A DNA stretch of 64,000 nt from Lingula anatina (taxonomy: Eukaryota > Animalia > Brachiopoda). How positions within the stretch are numbered: position 1 is the first letter of the stretch; each line of letters opens with the position of its first letter. The DNA lies in NCBI GenBank assembly GCA_051362555.1, contig JBPQGU010000016.1:930001-994000 (forward strand), read 5' to 3'. Under the pieces are notes generated by a model. That model was not told the origin of the DNA, ran no database searches, and saw only the letters and a list, made by a program, of their open reading frames with translations. The translations under genes and the position numbers were made by a program. Positions 13,866 through 27,963 of the stretch are shown here, in pieces.

Positions 13866-14436
13866 TGGATTTAGCTATACCGTAGCCTAAAACTGGACAA
13901 AGAGTAAGTTTGCCCAGCAGCTGCACATTTTTCTCGGATTGACGTAAAAGCGCCGTCACGCGCGCGCTGGAAAGCACACAAGCGGACCCCAAAACTGGAA
14001 CGGTTCTAATTCACGGTTCTAATCTTAAAAGCGATACTCCAGAAACTTGTTATTTTACAATTGGCAAATTGTGCAATAGATAATGAAGATAAATTGATGT
14101 ATGATTAACCATGGCATTATATGAATCGGTATTTGGTTTGGTCAGGTGATCGTCGGATGCCAAGCATATTTCAAAGCGAAAACATAAGTCTCTTTAAGCC
14201 AACGATCTCCAAATAAGACCCTAAGTGCCACTTCAGAGAACCTAATAATAATTAAAATAATATTAGTAAAAATATTCCAAAACTGATATTTTTGGTAACT
14301 AACTGTAGGTTATTTAAATAGTCACTCGATTTTGTGGTCGAAGCACATGTACTTATTTCAAAATTGCTACAGTCGTTGGTGAATCTAAGCCATTCCAAAT
14401 ATGTTTCTGGCAATTAGTGTAAACAATGATTATAAA

Positions 14437-17167
14437 TCAGCAAGGGATTTTGTACTCCTCCACATATTCTTTAAAATGCCCCAAAACTTCCTCTTCCGTC
14501 AGGTGATAACGCTTCAGGTCATACTTGTGGCGGCCGTGTTTGTTTTGTGGGTTTTCCTTCACATACGCCTCCATGTTGTCTTTCCCTTGGTCAGTCATCT
14601 CCAGGCCAAAGTGATCGTATATTTTCTTCACAGCATCCAGGGGTGATGTAACGAGGTCGTCAAACGCAATATCGACGAATCTGTGCTCCAAATCTGGGTG
14701 GTTCTTCCTGAACTTCATCATCTCTATTCCACCGTGGAGAAATGCCCAATTCAACACTTCCCTTCCAAGTTGCTCTAAATCTATATCACACTGTTTGTAG
14801 GCTAGGAGTTTGTAAGTTTCACGGAGAGAACACAGGGAAGCAACGGATGTGCACGGATTGCGGTAGGTGTGAACGAAGATTGCGTCTGGATACACCTTGA
14901 GTATGGCATCCAGGTAAAGGCTGTGGTAATTCTCCTTAAAAACCATTCGGCGGTAATTGTGGGCAGCTGCTGAAACCAAAGCGAGCACTAATTAAAATCG
15001 TGCACAATAATGTTTCGGGGGGGGGGGGGGGGGGGGTATCAGCTAAACTTAATTTTTTTGATCAATCTTTGAAACAGAGTTGAGTTGGGAAATGCAAATG
15101 CGATATGCGAGATATTAACTTAAACGTTTCCACAAATTTGAGGCAGATGTTTGTATACCACGTACATGTAACTTTAGATGCAAACGTATCTCCCAATTAA
15201 AGTTAATAACTGATCAGTTACCAACAATTTCAAAAGGGGGGTCTTTTTAAACAATGGCGGACCTTTTTACCTCCTTAGTTGACCTTACTTAAGGTATGAC
15301 AGTGTTTAGATCAATGTTTGTTTCAGAGTAGAACTTTTTAGACAAAAGGGTATTTAATTGGTTTCGAACCCATTGCGCCCCCTCGCCTCAGGCGTTGAGG
15401 AAAACCTCACCTCTACCATTCAGTATAAGCTGTGTTTGCAGTTTATGGAAACGGTATGCCTCAATCATTTCCTCATTGGTTCTTGCCTCATACCACGTGA
15501 CGTACTCTCCACTGTTGCCGCCTTGGAAAGCAGGTGCCTTGAACACGCCGATGTTTTCAAAGAGGTGATGTCCCTCGTATGGACTTTCAGCTTCCATCTT
15601 GTGAATGCTTTTCATCTGTGGCACGGTCTCGTTCATCGAGGCTGAAATAGGGAGGTTTTTTAATTTACATCGAGGCTGAAATAGGGAGGTCTTATTTTTC
15701 AGTGAAAAACGAAAAGACTATGCAAGCACAGATTACGTCACTTTTTGATGAAAGTGGAGATTTTCTCAATTTATTGACATTCTACAGGATATTCCGGGTA
15801 TGAATAGAAAGATAATGCCATAACTTTACTGTTTAAAATGTGTGTAAGAACTTAGGAAGAAAAGTTTCCGACTATTTTCGGTAGCCTTTCCTTAATCAGC
15901 AAGGCAACCTCACTCAGGAACGAAACGTAGCTGTTTCACTAATATTTTGGTCCAAAGTAAGTGACTACTGTCACTAAAATCATCAGTAAAAGTACTGTTA
16001 TATTACTAGTATATAAAGGTCTACCGCTTAGGTTGTCACCTAGCTGCCACTGACCTTGTGCTTGCTTTTCTTCCAAAATACGCGGATCCGTGCCGACAGT
16101 GGCGACATCTACAACTGGATGAAGAACTTCATAATACATTAGGGAGGTATTCTGGGGATCTTGCAGTTCTTGAAGGAAAGATGTCCCAGTTCGACAAGGT
16201 CCAATGATGAAAATTGGCCTCTTGATTGAAAACTGCAAAAAGTTTACATTATCTCTGGTATCAATAAATGAATAAAATTGCTCACAGGGCATCTTCCGAA
16301 CTATATGATTTAAAAGATCAATCAAAATATTAACTCTTTGGCAAGCAATGAAATCGAGACATAAGTAAAGCCTAGTGGGCAAAAACAGTATCCATTCACA
16401 GCACAGATTGTGACAAAATTGGTATTTTGTCATATAATGACAACACAGACCTCTGCAGTTCTACTAGTAACCGTATACATGGACGATTTTAGGATTGCCT
16501 ATACCGTTTTCTATCATTGGCATGTCACGCTCTAACGGTACACGGCTCTATATAAGTCCCAAATATTCAAATTAAAAGAACAAGTGAGTTGGCCAGAGAA
16601 ATGGAGCAGTCAAATGGACGCATCCGCATCCTCTCTTGTGACCTTGAACTATCGTAAACTATTGCAAAAGATCAAGGTCAAATTAACCTTATTACCGGCA
16701 ATACTGGTTTTCCTATTGTTTAGAATGTATGAATTGTTCCACGTGGACACAAACTTATGCTTTTTACTGACGACTTAAGAAAAATTAGCACATTAAGTGT
16801 GATGAACGGTCTTCTATATTTACGTACATTTAATAAGTATATACACTGTTAGTTATGGAAAAGGTTTGAAACGAGATCGAGGGACACCCTTTAGCCTACA
16901 CATACTAACCTTACTTAAGTCAACTGACCGCAGTCGTCTTGAAATCGCTAGTCGGTTTTTAAGGACATCAACCAAGCGAGCTTCAACCCGCTGTCTCCCT
17001 GCCGAAGTTAAATTTTTGTCTTCACGAAAGCACCTCAATAATAAGGTAAATCCTTCATACCACCAGCGGCCGGTGAGGGTATCCGACAACAGCAACTTGC
17101 GGTCTTCTTGGGAGAAATGTGTAAAAATACTTTCCTCTGTTAGAGGAATAGGCTGTCCTTGAGACAT
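14437..17167 (-). CDS. Sulfotransferase (Sulfotransfer_3, bacterial-type), copy A; exons 17167-16910, 16232-16055, 15641-15411, 14969-14437
   Basis: 5'-PSB loop RPIFIIGPCRTGTSFL, 3'-PB motif HTYRNPCTSVAS, LDAILKVYPDA, and C-terminal NPQNKHGRHKYDL. GT-AG introns in phases 0/1/1 give an open frame of about 400 aa. Confidence 0.88.
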
Positions 17168-17995
17168 TATGCGATATAGGGATATGGCACCACGAAATGC
17201 AAAACATGTACTGGATACGTATATACATGTATATCCCAAGGAGCTTCTATACTACGATAACGCCAGGGAGATATCTGTATCAAATAGTCTGAAAGCCAGT
17301 CGCTTATGTAGATTTATCAATGTTTGTTTAGTTTAATCTAGTCTGTCCACCCCAGCAACGCAGAGAGGCTAGCAAGACTGAGTATCATGTGTGCACCAGC
17401 TGAGCACTCACACTTGACCCAATTTGATTAATTATTAAAGAATGAATAATCTTTTCTCAAGGTTACACATTTTAAACCCCCTTTTCACTGGGCGGCGTCC
17501 TTTCTGAGGCTTATGTACCATCACGAAACTGATCAGCTGGTCGCCGTCGGACGCACAAAGGACGCACGGTGAACACACAAAGGTCGTTCAAGCTGCGCCG
17601 AGGACGCCATGGTCGCCCCTAAAGTGTTGAACATGTTGAACAAAGGACGCACAAGAGACGCAGAAGCATTTACACTGAAACACAATTTTTAAATTAAAAT
17701 CGCTTTGGCGACCATTGAGCGTCCTGGCCGCATTTTTGATCGTAGAAAAGGTAAAGGGGGCTTTGGAATAGAGGCAATCCCACCTCTTAAAGTAAATTTA
17801 AGGGGAAGAAAACTTTGTAGGGACTTTAAGTCAATAAAACCCATACCCCTGCTTCTTCCTAGATCTGTCTGACGCGTTTTACCCACTTTCAGTGTAACCC
17901 TAATATTGGGAAGTTTGATGATATGCATTTATATAACGAAAATATTCTGGACGAATTTATATCAATTAACAAGCAAATGATTGTTTCGGTTTCAG

Positions 17996-18041
17996 AATCT
18001 GATGATACTAACATGCGAATGGTATTTAAGGATAATTTCCA
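17996..18041 (+). pseudogene. Inverted fragment of the start of sulfotransferase exon 4
   Basis: gtttcag acceptor followed by ESDDTNMRMVFKDNFH on the + strand, opposite to copy B, then unrelated sequence. Confidence 0.7.
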
Positions 18042-18141
18042 CAAGTGTGAAAAATGTTCCAAGGTGTCAGTTTTATCTCCAAATATCCTGCAAATCAGTA
18101 ATATTTCCAATTCAAACAATACAAATAGATATATAAGCATT

Positions 18142-18186
<45 letters not shown>

Positions 18187-18468
18187 GTATTGATAACTTT
18201 TTCTCGAAAATTAAAATGCCTGTAGCTGTCTATATGAATCGAGAAGTTATTTGTTTAAAAATTAAGGGCCCGGTTGAATTATAACTAATGAAAAGGCGAT
18301 AACTGCTTTTTAAGACGAAAATTCGATTTGGAGCAAAACTAAAAACGAATCAATAGATTATAAATGTGGAAAAACAACTTTGCATAGCCTATTCATTTTA
18401 ATGAATTTTAATACATCAGAATATAGCGAAGCAATTATTTGCATCTTTAAACCAGTTGAAAGGCCCAC

Positions 18469-21400
18469 CTCTGCTATGAAGTATAAGCTGATCGAGTCTG
18501 CAGTTTGTGGAAACGATAAGCTTCAACCATTTCATCATTGGCCCGGGTCTCCATCCATTTTATATACGTCTCACAGTTTCCGCTTTTAAAAACAAAATTC
18601 TTGTACACACCAACGTTATGGAACAGAAATAAATCTTCTTCCGGAGCTAAACCCTTCTGGGGGTGGATGGTTTCCAAATCCGGTCTGGAGGCGTACATCG
18701 TGTCTAAATAATGAATAGTTATGTCATTGTAATGAATGCATATTTAAAAGCTGGTCACAGGATTTCTGTAGCCACCACGTCTGTCTGTCATCGCCATGTA
18801 TCTGTTATAGGACATGTTAGGACATGTTCACGTTGCATTTAGTTCATAATTGAAAATTGTAGGTAATTATACAGAGGCACGGTAAACCATCATGTAACTT
18901 TTAAGTTTTTGTGTTCTCGTCATTTTTCACATATTGGAATTTTCAATGTGTGACACTAAGCCCGATGATATTAACGTTTTCATAATGTCCATGTTACCTG
19001 TAACACATAATTGATCGATTACGCCTCTTTTTGCAGTATTGCACCAGAATCGACAAAAACTTTTCATTAGCATCCTCATTTTCTGTTCTGTGTCTGTAGT
19101 ATTGAAAGCATTGCTGCCTTGTTTTCAACACCTGAATCCAATTGTGACTAACACATAAAAGAGGTTAAAAGCTAAAACACTGATGCAAAATGTCTTGTGG
19201 TTTTAATGCCATCAAAATATCCTACAATTTTCACTTGTGACTAGCATATGAGAGAGGTTAAAAGCTAAGATACTGCGGCAAAATTTCTTGTGGTTTTAAT
19301 GCCATCAAAATATCCTACGTATTAAATGCAAACTCAAATATCTGTTACATGTGTACACATAAGCTATAGAGAGCTGTTTTATAGCTCAGTCGTACAAAAT
19401 GACAATCATCCAATATGTTACAATTACTTAGACTCATTGTAAGTCACTACAATTATTGTTACATACCTAATCTTTGTGTAGTTTTCAAAATTCGTGGGTC
19501 CTCGGTGACGGGAGCAACATCTGCAACTGGTTGCAAAAGTTCATAAAACTTGAGGCATGTATTCTGCGGATTGCAAAATAAGAGGTTTTGGAGGAAAGTA
19601 GTTCCAGTACGACAGGGGCAATGAAAACCGGCCGTTTAATTGGGATCTGAAAAAAAATGTTTATTACATATATGAGAGCATTCACATCGAGATAAGCCGA
19701 GGTCTAGCAAGGCCAAGACCTAAATATGGCGGACCTACATGAAAGGAAAACCGCGTAATCCTTTAATGGTCTCGAAATGAATGTCATTGAATGTCACTGA
19801 GAGGCCATTCTAAATTTTAAATTCTGAAAATTAGAACATTCAATCTTGATTGAGAGCAAAACAATAGAAAAGTAGTCTACCTTTTAGTTTTATATTTTTC
19901 GATATACAAAGTAAAATGATTCCAAAATTACATATCTGAAAAGTTGATTCCTGGTTGAAATGGTCGAGCCATTATCGTACGTGGGAGGTCTAGGTGCCTG
20001 TAAACTAGGCCACTCCGTTACCAAGCACTTGTTATTGCTATCACATTACGACCGAATGGCCCCTTATATATCATGTAAGTTTTTTTTTTCTTTATTGAAG
20101 TTAGGTAATGTTAATTACAGAGTACAATACTTCTTTTTTACCCCACGCTTACTTCTCTCTCACAAACACACATACAGGCACATATAACTACTACTGATGG
20201 CTCATCATTTTCATTAATAAATAAGATATTGATAAGCACAGCATTTTTTCTCTAACACAGATAGCATTCGATGTCCGTAAAGGACAGATGTCCCCCATTT
20301 TTTGATTTACTGTAAATGTAATATTTTACCTGGGAAATCAATAAATTCAATTTCTCATCATTATTTCCGAGAATAATATCCGATGCAGAAGTATGAATAT
20401 TGGCTCCCTTTTCTTCCCTAAACCAGTTTTCGATTTGATTCCACAAATTTTTTGCGAGATTACAATCTATGAATAGATGTTCAATTGTTTCCATCCTTGT
20501 GCTACATAAATTGCAATGAGGATTATCAACTATTTTATACTTGAACAGTAAGTATTTTGTCCCTAGAATTTTATGAATACATCTAAAGTTAAACCATCTG
20601 AGTTTGGATTCTTTTATATCTGTCAGGAGACGATTGTAGCTAAGATTCCATGTTATTGCTTTATTAAAGAACCTTTCCCATTTTATTTCATTTTAGGGGT
20701 TTCGTACAGTTTTTTATAAACGTATCATAAATCACTTTACAGCCTTTTTTGTTTTTTCATATTATCCTAAGCGGTTTGGGTATTTTCAGGTTATAAGTTT
20801 TCTGTGTACCAGTTATTCCTTTCAAATTGGGAAATGCATTATAGATAGCATTTCTTAGGCCAAAATATTTTGTAAATGGGAGGCGTATTTTGTATGCATC
20901 CGTGATTTCTCTATATGAAAGCACGTTGCCGTTTGAATCAAGCAAGTCGAGCACCACTTGGAAGCCTTTCTCATATAATGGTTTTAAGAAAACGACCTTG
21001 TTTTCAATTAAAATATTCGGATTATACCACAATGGAGCTTCCAGAAAATCTTGTGGGTCATTTTCCTCTATTGCGCTAGCATACCGCGAGTAATATGAAA
21101 ATAATTCTTTCCAGAATAAATTTGTCGTGGTTTCCCCGCATTATTTCGCATATACAGGTCCAAACTGACAGAGCGACGTCGTGTTGCAACTTTCGGTAAA
21201 GATCCTTCCGTATTGGTTAGTATTCGATAGTAATCTGCGAATCCAAGTTAATTTCAAGGCTTTAATATAAGATTGAAAATGCACCATTCTACAGCCCCCA
21301 TTTTCGAAGTCTTGAATAATTGTCTTTCTTGATACCCTATCATTTTTCCCATGCCAAATGAATTTGAAAAGAATAGAGTTTAACTCTTTTATCCATTGGG

Positions 21401-22447
21401 CACTGGGACCTGGTAATGACATAAACAAATGAGTAAACTTTGGTATCAGTAGTGATTTAACCACCGTTATTTTTCCCAGGGTGGACAGATACCTTTTTGA
21501 CCAGTTATTAATCTCTTTTTTGATGACAGCCAACTTAATGTTATAATTGCGTTCTTCTATACAATCAAGTTCAGCTGTAAAGGTAAAACCTAGCACAGAT
21601 ACAGGTTCATTTGTCCAGTCTAATTTTTCGTTTTTACACAGAACGTCTTTGCTATTCATTTTTGAGCCAATCCATACTGCTTTTGTTTTTGAAATATTTG
21701 GTTTTAACCCAGAATATTTGAAAAACTGGAACAAAAGGTCTAGAGCACTTTTTAGCGATTTCTCTGAGCCGTCTAAGAAAACCACTGTATCATCGGCATA
21801 TTGTAATAATTTTATCTCTTCTCTTGCTATACCAATAACTCTAATGTTTTTTTCCTGTCTTATAAGAATACTTATTATTTCTGCGCATAAATTAAATATA
21901 TATATGGGGATGCAGGGTCACCCTGTCGACACCCTCTGCCTATTTTGAAAAAACGGGAGAATATCCCAGTTCTGCATTTTTGTAAAGGGTTTTAATCCAC
22001 CTAATAAGGTCATTTCCACAATTGAAGAATTCTAATGTTTTGTAAATAAAAAAACAGGATATGCTATCAAAAGCTTTTTGGAAATCAAAAAGTAAAATAA
22101 TACCTGGGATTTCTTTGACTTTTGTATAGTGCAGAACATCATACAGAATTCTTATGTTCTCTCCTATATACCTCCCCTTTAAAAAGCCCTTCTGATTTTC
22201 GTGAATTAAAAATTCCATAACAGATTTTAACCTATTAGCAATACACGAGGAAAGAATTTTATAACTATTATTTAACAGGGAAATCGGCCTCCAGTTGGTC
22301 AGAAATTCTCTTGGTTTGTCACTTTTCGGTAGTATAGTGATAACCCCCTGCACCTGGGTGGTGGACAATTGCCCCTATATCATGTAAGTTAATATATGAA
22401 TGGATTAGAGATGCGGGGTAAAATAGACTTTCTTTTTAAAAAAGATA

Positions 22448-22494
<47 letters not shown>

Positions 22495-22985
22495 CAATAT
22501 CAGGACCATATGTGTAGCCGAAAAACTGGCAGGTATCCGGCCTACAGTTTTGTATTGCGGTTAAAACTAGCTGAGCCACGAGGTTATGTTTACTGGGTAT
22601 CTAAAACGTGTCATGCACTGACGAACTTTCATATATAAACAATACAAGACAGTTTATACCACAAATGTCAACAATTAGCACAACCCTTCAGATCTAAATA
22701 CATGTACGTACATGTACTAATACTAACCTTGCTAAAGTCAACTGAAGGCAGTCGTCTAGATATCGTTATTCTATTCTTCAGGACATCAACTAAGCGTCTT
22801 TCAATCACCTGTCTCCCTGCTGAAGTTAAAGCTTTGTCTTCACGAAAGCACCTCAATAATAAGGTAAATCCTTCATACCACCAGCGGCCGGTGAGTGTAT
22901 CCGACATCAGCAACTCACGATCTTCTTCAGAGAAATGATTTAAAATACTTTCCTCTGTGAGGGGAATCGGCTGTCCTTGGGTCAT
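18469..22985 (-). pseudogene. Sulfotransferase copy B (pseudogene); exons 22985-22728, 19646-19467, 18703-18469
   Basis: Exon 2 is 180 nt versus 184 in paralogues (4-nt deletion in the PSB loop, stop near 19485). Exon 3 is 235 nt versus 231. There is no correctly oriented exon 4, and a LINE sits in intron 1. Confidence 0.85.
20082..22375 (-). mobile_element. 5'-truncated L1/Tx1-clade non-LTR retrotransposon (fragmented ORF2)
   Basis: RT motifs NWRPISLLN, DFQKAFD and YADDT (near 21786-21800), and C-terminal ETIEHLFIDC. AATAAA plus poly(A) on the minus strand near 20080-20096. 15-bp TSD tatatcatgtaagtt at 20067-20081 and 22376-22390. Confidence 0.92.
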
Positions 22986-23543
22986 TGTTCAATATACTAG
23001 CTCACCGTACACTCAATTAGGCAGGTTGTTCGGTACTGGCAAAACATCATATGTCTTAGAAACCTCTGTATTAACGCCGTAAAAAACTTGCGTACTACAG
23101 CCGATCTACGAAGTCACAACTTGTATGTTCTTAATTTAGTCCTAGGCGCCTCATACATGTCAAGGTCAGCTCACGGCAACGAGCCAGTTTGGGTTTTGTG
23201 TTGGAATATTTTCATTATCTATATTTAGCTCTATTTGTGTCTCGTATTCCTCTCGTAAGATGTAGACTATGCCAAGAGTGTATTAGTGCACGCACGTCCA
23301 TATGTGTACCATTTTACCTATCTTCTAACATTGCATTTATTCCTATGCACTTTGCATTTCACTGCTTAAGCGTGTCGGCAACAAAACATATTGGACGTTT
23401 TTTTTTCAATTTATAGTTTTCGCTGCTGGCATAGACACAATTTGTTACATGCTATATCTTTTATTTTACTAAATTTGATAACGAATTTGATAAAATATAT
23501 AATCCATGGTTTTTGACCAGGTTTAGGACCATTTATTCATGCC

Positions 23544-23740
23544 CCCATTAAACGGCCGATTTTCATTATTATCCCTTGTCGCACAGGGTCAACTTGCCTC
23601 CAAAACCTCTTATTCGCCGATCCCCAGAATGCATACTTTAAATGTAATGAACTTATGGAATAAGTTGTATATGCCAATTAATATAACGTCGTTGAAGACA
23701 CACGGATTTTGAAAACTACTAGTACACAAGTAATAGGTAA
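23544..23740 (+). pseudogene. Relic sulfotransferase exon 2 on the + strand
   Basis: Translates PIKRPIFIIIPCRTGSTCLQNLLFADPQN and then a stop; ends in taatag|gtaaac, like the exon-2 donor of copy E. Confidence 0.8.
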
Positions 23741-24125
23741 ACACTATTTTAAACAAGTATAAATGATTTCGTGTAGGATTGGCAAAAGATGCGGTTGTAT
23801 CATTAAAAGAACATTATTAATGTAACTAGCTTTACTGCTTTTGATCAAATGATATGTTTGTTGCCACGTTTCACTATGACACCTAGTAAATGTGACAAAG
23901 TTATAGGAGAGGTAAAACGTATTTGAGCAAAACTTGGTATTAATTACCAACAGAATATGATCTAAAAACCCCAACCATTTAACGGCTGATAAAAGTTAAC
24001 ACTGATTATGAACATGGTGTTTTGTACCCCTCGCTGAACTATTTAAGCAAAACGTGATATCGATTACCAAGATAATATAATCTAAAAATTCCAACCATTT
24101 GACGGCTGATGAAAGAAAACACTGG

Positions 24126-27100
24126 CTATGAACATGGTATTTTGTACTCCTCCACATATTCTTTAAAGTGCTCCAAAACTTCCTCTTCTCTCAGGTGATA
24201 ACGCTTTAGGTCGTACTTGTGGCGGCCATATTTGTTTTGTGGGTTTTCCTTCACAAACGCCTCCATTTTGTTTTTCCCTTGGTTGGTCAGTTCCAGGTCA
24301 AAGTGATCGTATATCTTCTTCACAACATCCAGGGGTGATGTAACGAGGTCGTCATATGCAATATCGATGAATCTGTGCTCCAGTTCTGGGTGGTTCTTCC
24401 TAAACTTCATCATCTCTATTCCACCGTGGAGGAATGCCCAATTCAACACTTCCCTTCCAAGTTGCTCTAAATCTATATCACACTGTTTATAGGCCAAGAG
24501 TTTGTAAGTTTCACGGAGAGAACAAAAAGAAGCAAGGGATGTGCACGGATTGCGGTAGGTGTGAACGAAGATTGCGTCGGGATACACCTGAAGTATGGCA
24601 TCCAGGTAAAGGCTGTGGAAATTCTCCTTAAAAACCATTCGACGGTAATTGTGGGTAGCTGCTGAAACCAAAGCGAGCACTAATTAAAATCCTGCACAAT
24701 AATCGGTGCTGGGGGGGGGGGGGGGGGGGGGGGGGAGGGGGGGGGTTGGGGAGGATAAGATAAACTTAATTTTTCCATGAAACTGTGAGATAGAGTTGAG
24801 ATGGGAAATGCAAGTGTGATATGCCAGTTGAGTAAAATCTCACCTCTACCATTCAGTATAAGCTGAGTTTGCAGCTTATGGAAACGGTATGCCTCAACCA
24901 TTTCCTCATTGGTTCTTGCCTCATACCACGTGACATACTCTCCACTGTTGCCGCCTTGGAAAGCAGGTGCCTTGAATACGCCGATGTTTTCAAAGAAGTG
25001 ATGGTCCTCGTATGGCCCTTCAGCATCCAACTTGTGAATGCTTTTAAACTGTGGCACGATTTCGTCCATCGAAGCTGAAATACGGAAGTTTTATTATACG
25101 TCGAGGCTGAAAAAGCGAGGTTGCACTGCTGCATTGTGTAATATGAAATGATTTAACTGGGTAGCTCTCCTTTGGGTTGGTTTTGGCAAAGCATGGTTCT
25201 GACAAAAAAGTGTCCATATGTCGCCAACAACTGCACAGAAGAATTAGAAATGTTGCATGCAAGCGGTCAGTTTTGCAGTGCGCAAAATTAGTTAAGCATT
25301 GTTGTATAAAGTACAGAGAGGCCACGCCCAATGTATAGAAATCTTACCACCAGGGTACAGGACTCACTGTCCTTCCGGATGATTTGGGGACCATGTGAAA
25401 ACTAGTGAAAACCGAGTTTACAGACATCTTGAAGATACCTACGACGAAGCGTGTGCCGCGTCTAAAGTGACTAGAGTCATTGAAAGCGTCAGTATCTGGA
25501 GTGGATACCACAATGGAGCAAAAAACAACAAAGGTAGTCACTGACGATAAACCTGAACTATATCAAATAAAAGAATAATCTGGGAATCACTTGAATATCT
25601 TTTGATAGGGGGGCACCTTAGGAACAATTTTGGGTCGCACAATGAGATTGCCAGTTCACACAGCGCACTTTTAATAGCAGATAACTTACAGAACCAATGA
25701 AACGAGCAGCTACCTTGGTCATCAAATGCGACATATTTGGACCACATTGACAATATGTTGTAGGTCATTACTCGCCAAATCAACGGCCTACATGTCCTGC
25801 AACAATACTGAACCAAATTGGACAAGTTTTGACCGATGCCTGGAATGTTATTCCAGATTAAACTCTAAAAACCTATCCAAAGGGATGCCTAGCCGCTTGA
25901 GAGTCCTAATATCAACCAGATGAGGCCAAGCGTAACATACCGTTGCTGTAACTAGACACTGACATGAGGGTCCTTTGTGGAGCGTGCATCTCTATTACAG
26001 ATGATAATTTGGAAAATATGGAAATCCAAAATATCCCTTTTAATGGTTGTCATATGACTTAAAATAGGCAATGAATGTATTTTTTGGCATCACTGGTGAA
26101 TTCGAAGAGGTTATTAAAAGTAATTAAAAGTATCAGTCAGCAAAATAGGAAAAATTATGAAAAATTATTTGGAAAAAAGCATTCCATATTAAATGCCAAG
26201 TCTGTATGTACAAATAAGGGCTGTTTATAGCTCAAACATGGTAGAATTACTTAGACTCACTGTAAGTCAATACCATTTTTATTGTTACTTACCTATTCTT
26301 TGTGTAGTTTTCAAAATTCGTGGGTCCTCGGCGTCGGGAGCAACATCTGCAACTGGTTGCAAAAGTTCATAAAACTTGAGGCTTGTATTCTGCGGATCGC
26401 AGAATAAGAGGTTTTGGAGGAAACTGGTTCCAGTGCGACAGGGACCAATAATAAAAAACGGCCGTTTAATTGGGATCTGAAAAATAAAATAGAATATATT
26501 AGGTATGTCATCATCGATACCAAACATTTTCTCTTACTTTACATGAGGGTCATTAACGCAACTTTCATCCGGGCACATTACCGGACCGTGTTTCAGTGAT
26601 TCCCTCATCTGGTCTACACATGGGTAATATACATGTGCCCAACCCAAAGTCGGCCTGTAGACATTGTGCGGAACTGGCTCGATTATTCTAATCGGGTAAA
26701 TTACGAATTGTATGGATACTGTATTTTTTAAGTAATAAATTCTAAGGATTAGAACTTTCATATTGATAGGTAGCAACACAATTGAAAAGCAGTCTACCAT
26801 TTAGATTTATTCTATTCTATACAGTAAAATGATTCCAAAATTATATATCTGAAAAGTTGATGACTTTCCTGGTTGAAAGGATCGAGCCATTACCGTAAGT
26901 ATGCCGTCTAGGTTCCTATAATCTAGTTCACTTAGTTAACAAGCACTAGCTTGTTATGTAGATCACATTACAACCGAATGGACCCGCACACATCATGTAG
27001 ATTTACATACAATTGAATTGGAGATGCGGGGCAAAATAGACTTTCTTTTGAAAAAATTATACACAGAAAACACAACAGCAATATCAGCACCATATGTGTA

Positions 27101-27963
27101 GCCGTTAAACTGGCAGATATCCGGCTTACAGCTTTTTATTACGGTTATCATCAGCTAAGGCACGAAGTTAATGTTTACTGGGCATCTAAAACGTATCCTG
27201 CACTGAAGATCCCTCATATATAAATGGTAATATAAATGATAGACGTCAGTTTTACCACAAATGTCTACGGAGCTTTGTTAGTAGGCCCTATCATATTAAC
27301 TTTTTTTAATTTTCATTTAAGTTTTATTTTATGTCAACAAAAGAATACACCCCTTCTGTACATGTACTTCATCAGAAACGCCCTAATCCAAAGTGGCTCC
27401 AGAGCCTGAGCCAGCATATAGCCCCCAGAAGATTAATGAACCTTTATATGCGCCTAGAAGGATGGTGACCATATTGAGATCATGTGGCTATCCTATACAA
27501 TATAAATTCTGACATAATAACATGTGTTATGTAAGGGCAATGCACTGTTCTGTAAACCTAAAATAAAGATATTCACTTGACGCAATCAGTTTTCAATAAA
27601 ATAACAATAGAAAAAACTAACATATCCAGCTGCTGTCGCCCTTAAAGAAAAATAATGCAATACTTTTGTCACACCCCCCTCGTACATATATATACTAACC
27701 TTGCTAAAGTCAACTGACGGCAGTCGTCTAGATATCGTTATTCTATTCTTCAGGACATCAACTAAGCGTCTTTCAATCACCTGTCTTCCTGCCGAAGTTA
27801 AAGCCCTGTCTTCACGAAAGCACCTCAGTAATAAGGTAAATCCTTCATACCACCAGCGGCCGGTGAGGGTATCCGACAACAATAACTCACGGTCTTCTTC
27901 AGAAAAATGGCAGAGAATACTTTCCTCTGTGAGAGGAATACATGCAGGTTTTACTCCAGACAT
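24126..27963 (-). CDS. Sulfotransferase copy C; exons 27963-27700, 26476-26293, 25074-24844, 24661-24126
   Basis: Same motifs (GPCRTGTSFL, HTYRNP); the first three exons are 264, 184 and 231 nt with canonical splice sites and an open frame. Confidence 0.9.
25150..26195 (+). mobile_element. Degenerate Tc1-like transposon remnant in intron 2 of copy C
   Basis: Decayed transposase fragments (ENRVYRH...SVSIWSG; LPWSS...DHIDN, resembling the WPxxSPDLNPIE region). Homologous in reverse orientation to 43700-44650; ends near attccatattaa, similar to the Tc1 TIR at 42492. Confidence 0.65.

Noticed and set aside
16866-17162. Recurrent antisense ORFs over sulfotransferase exon 1 (LSSRKHLNNKVNPSYHQRP)
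   Set aside because: These are reverse-strand shadows of a conserved coding exon with inconsistent starts; there is no independent support.
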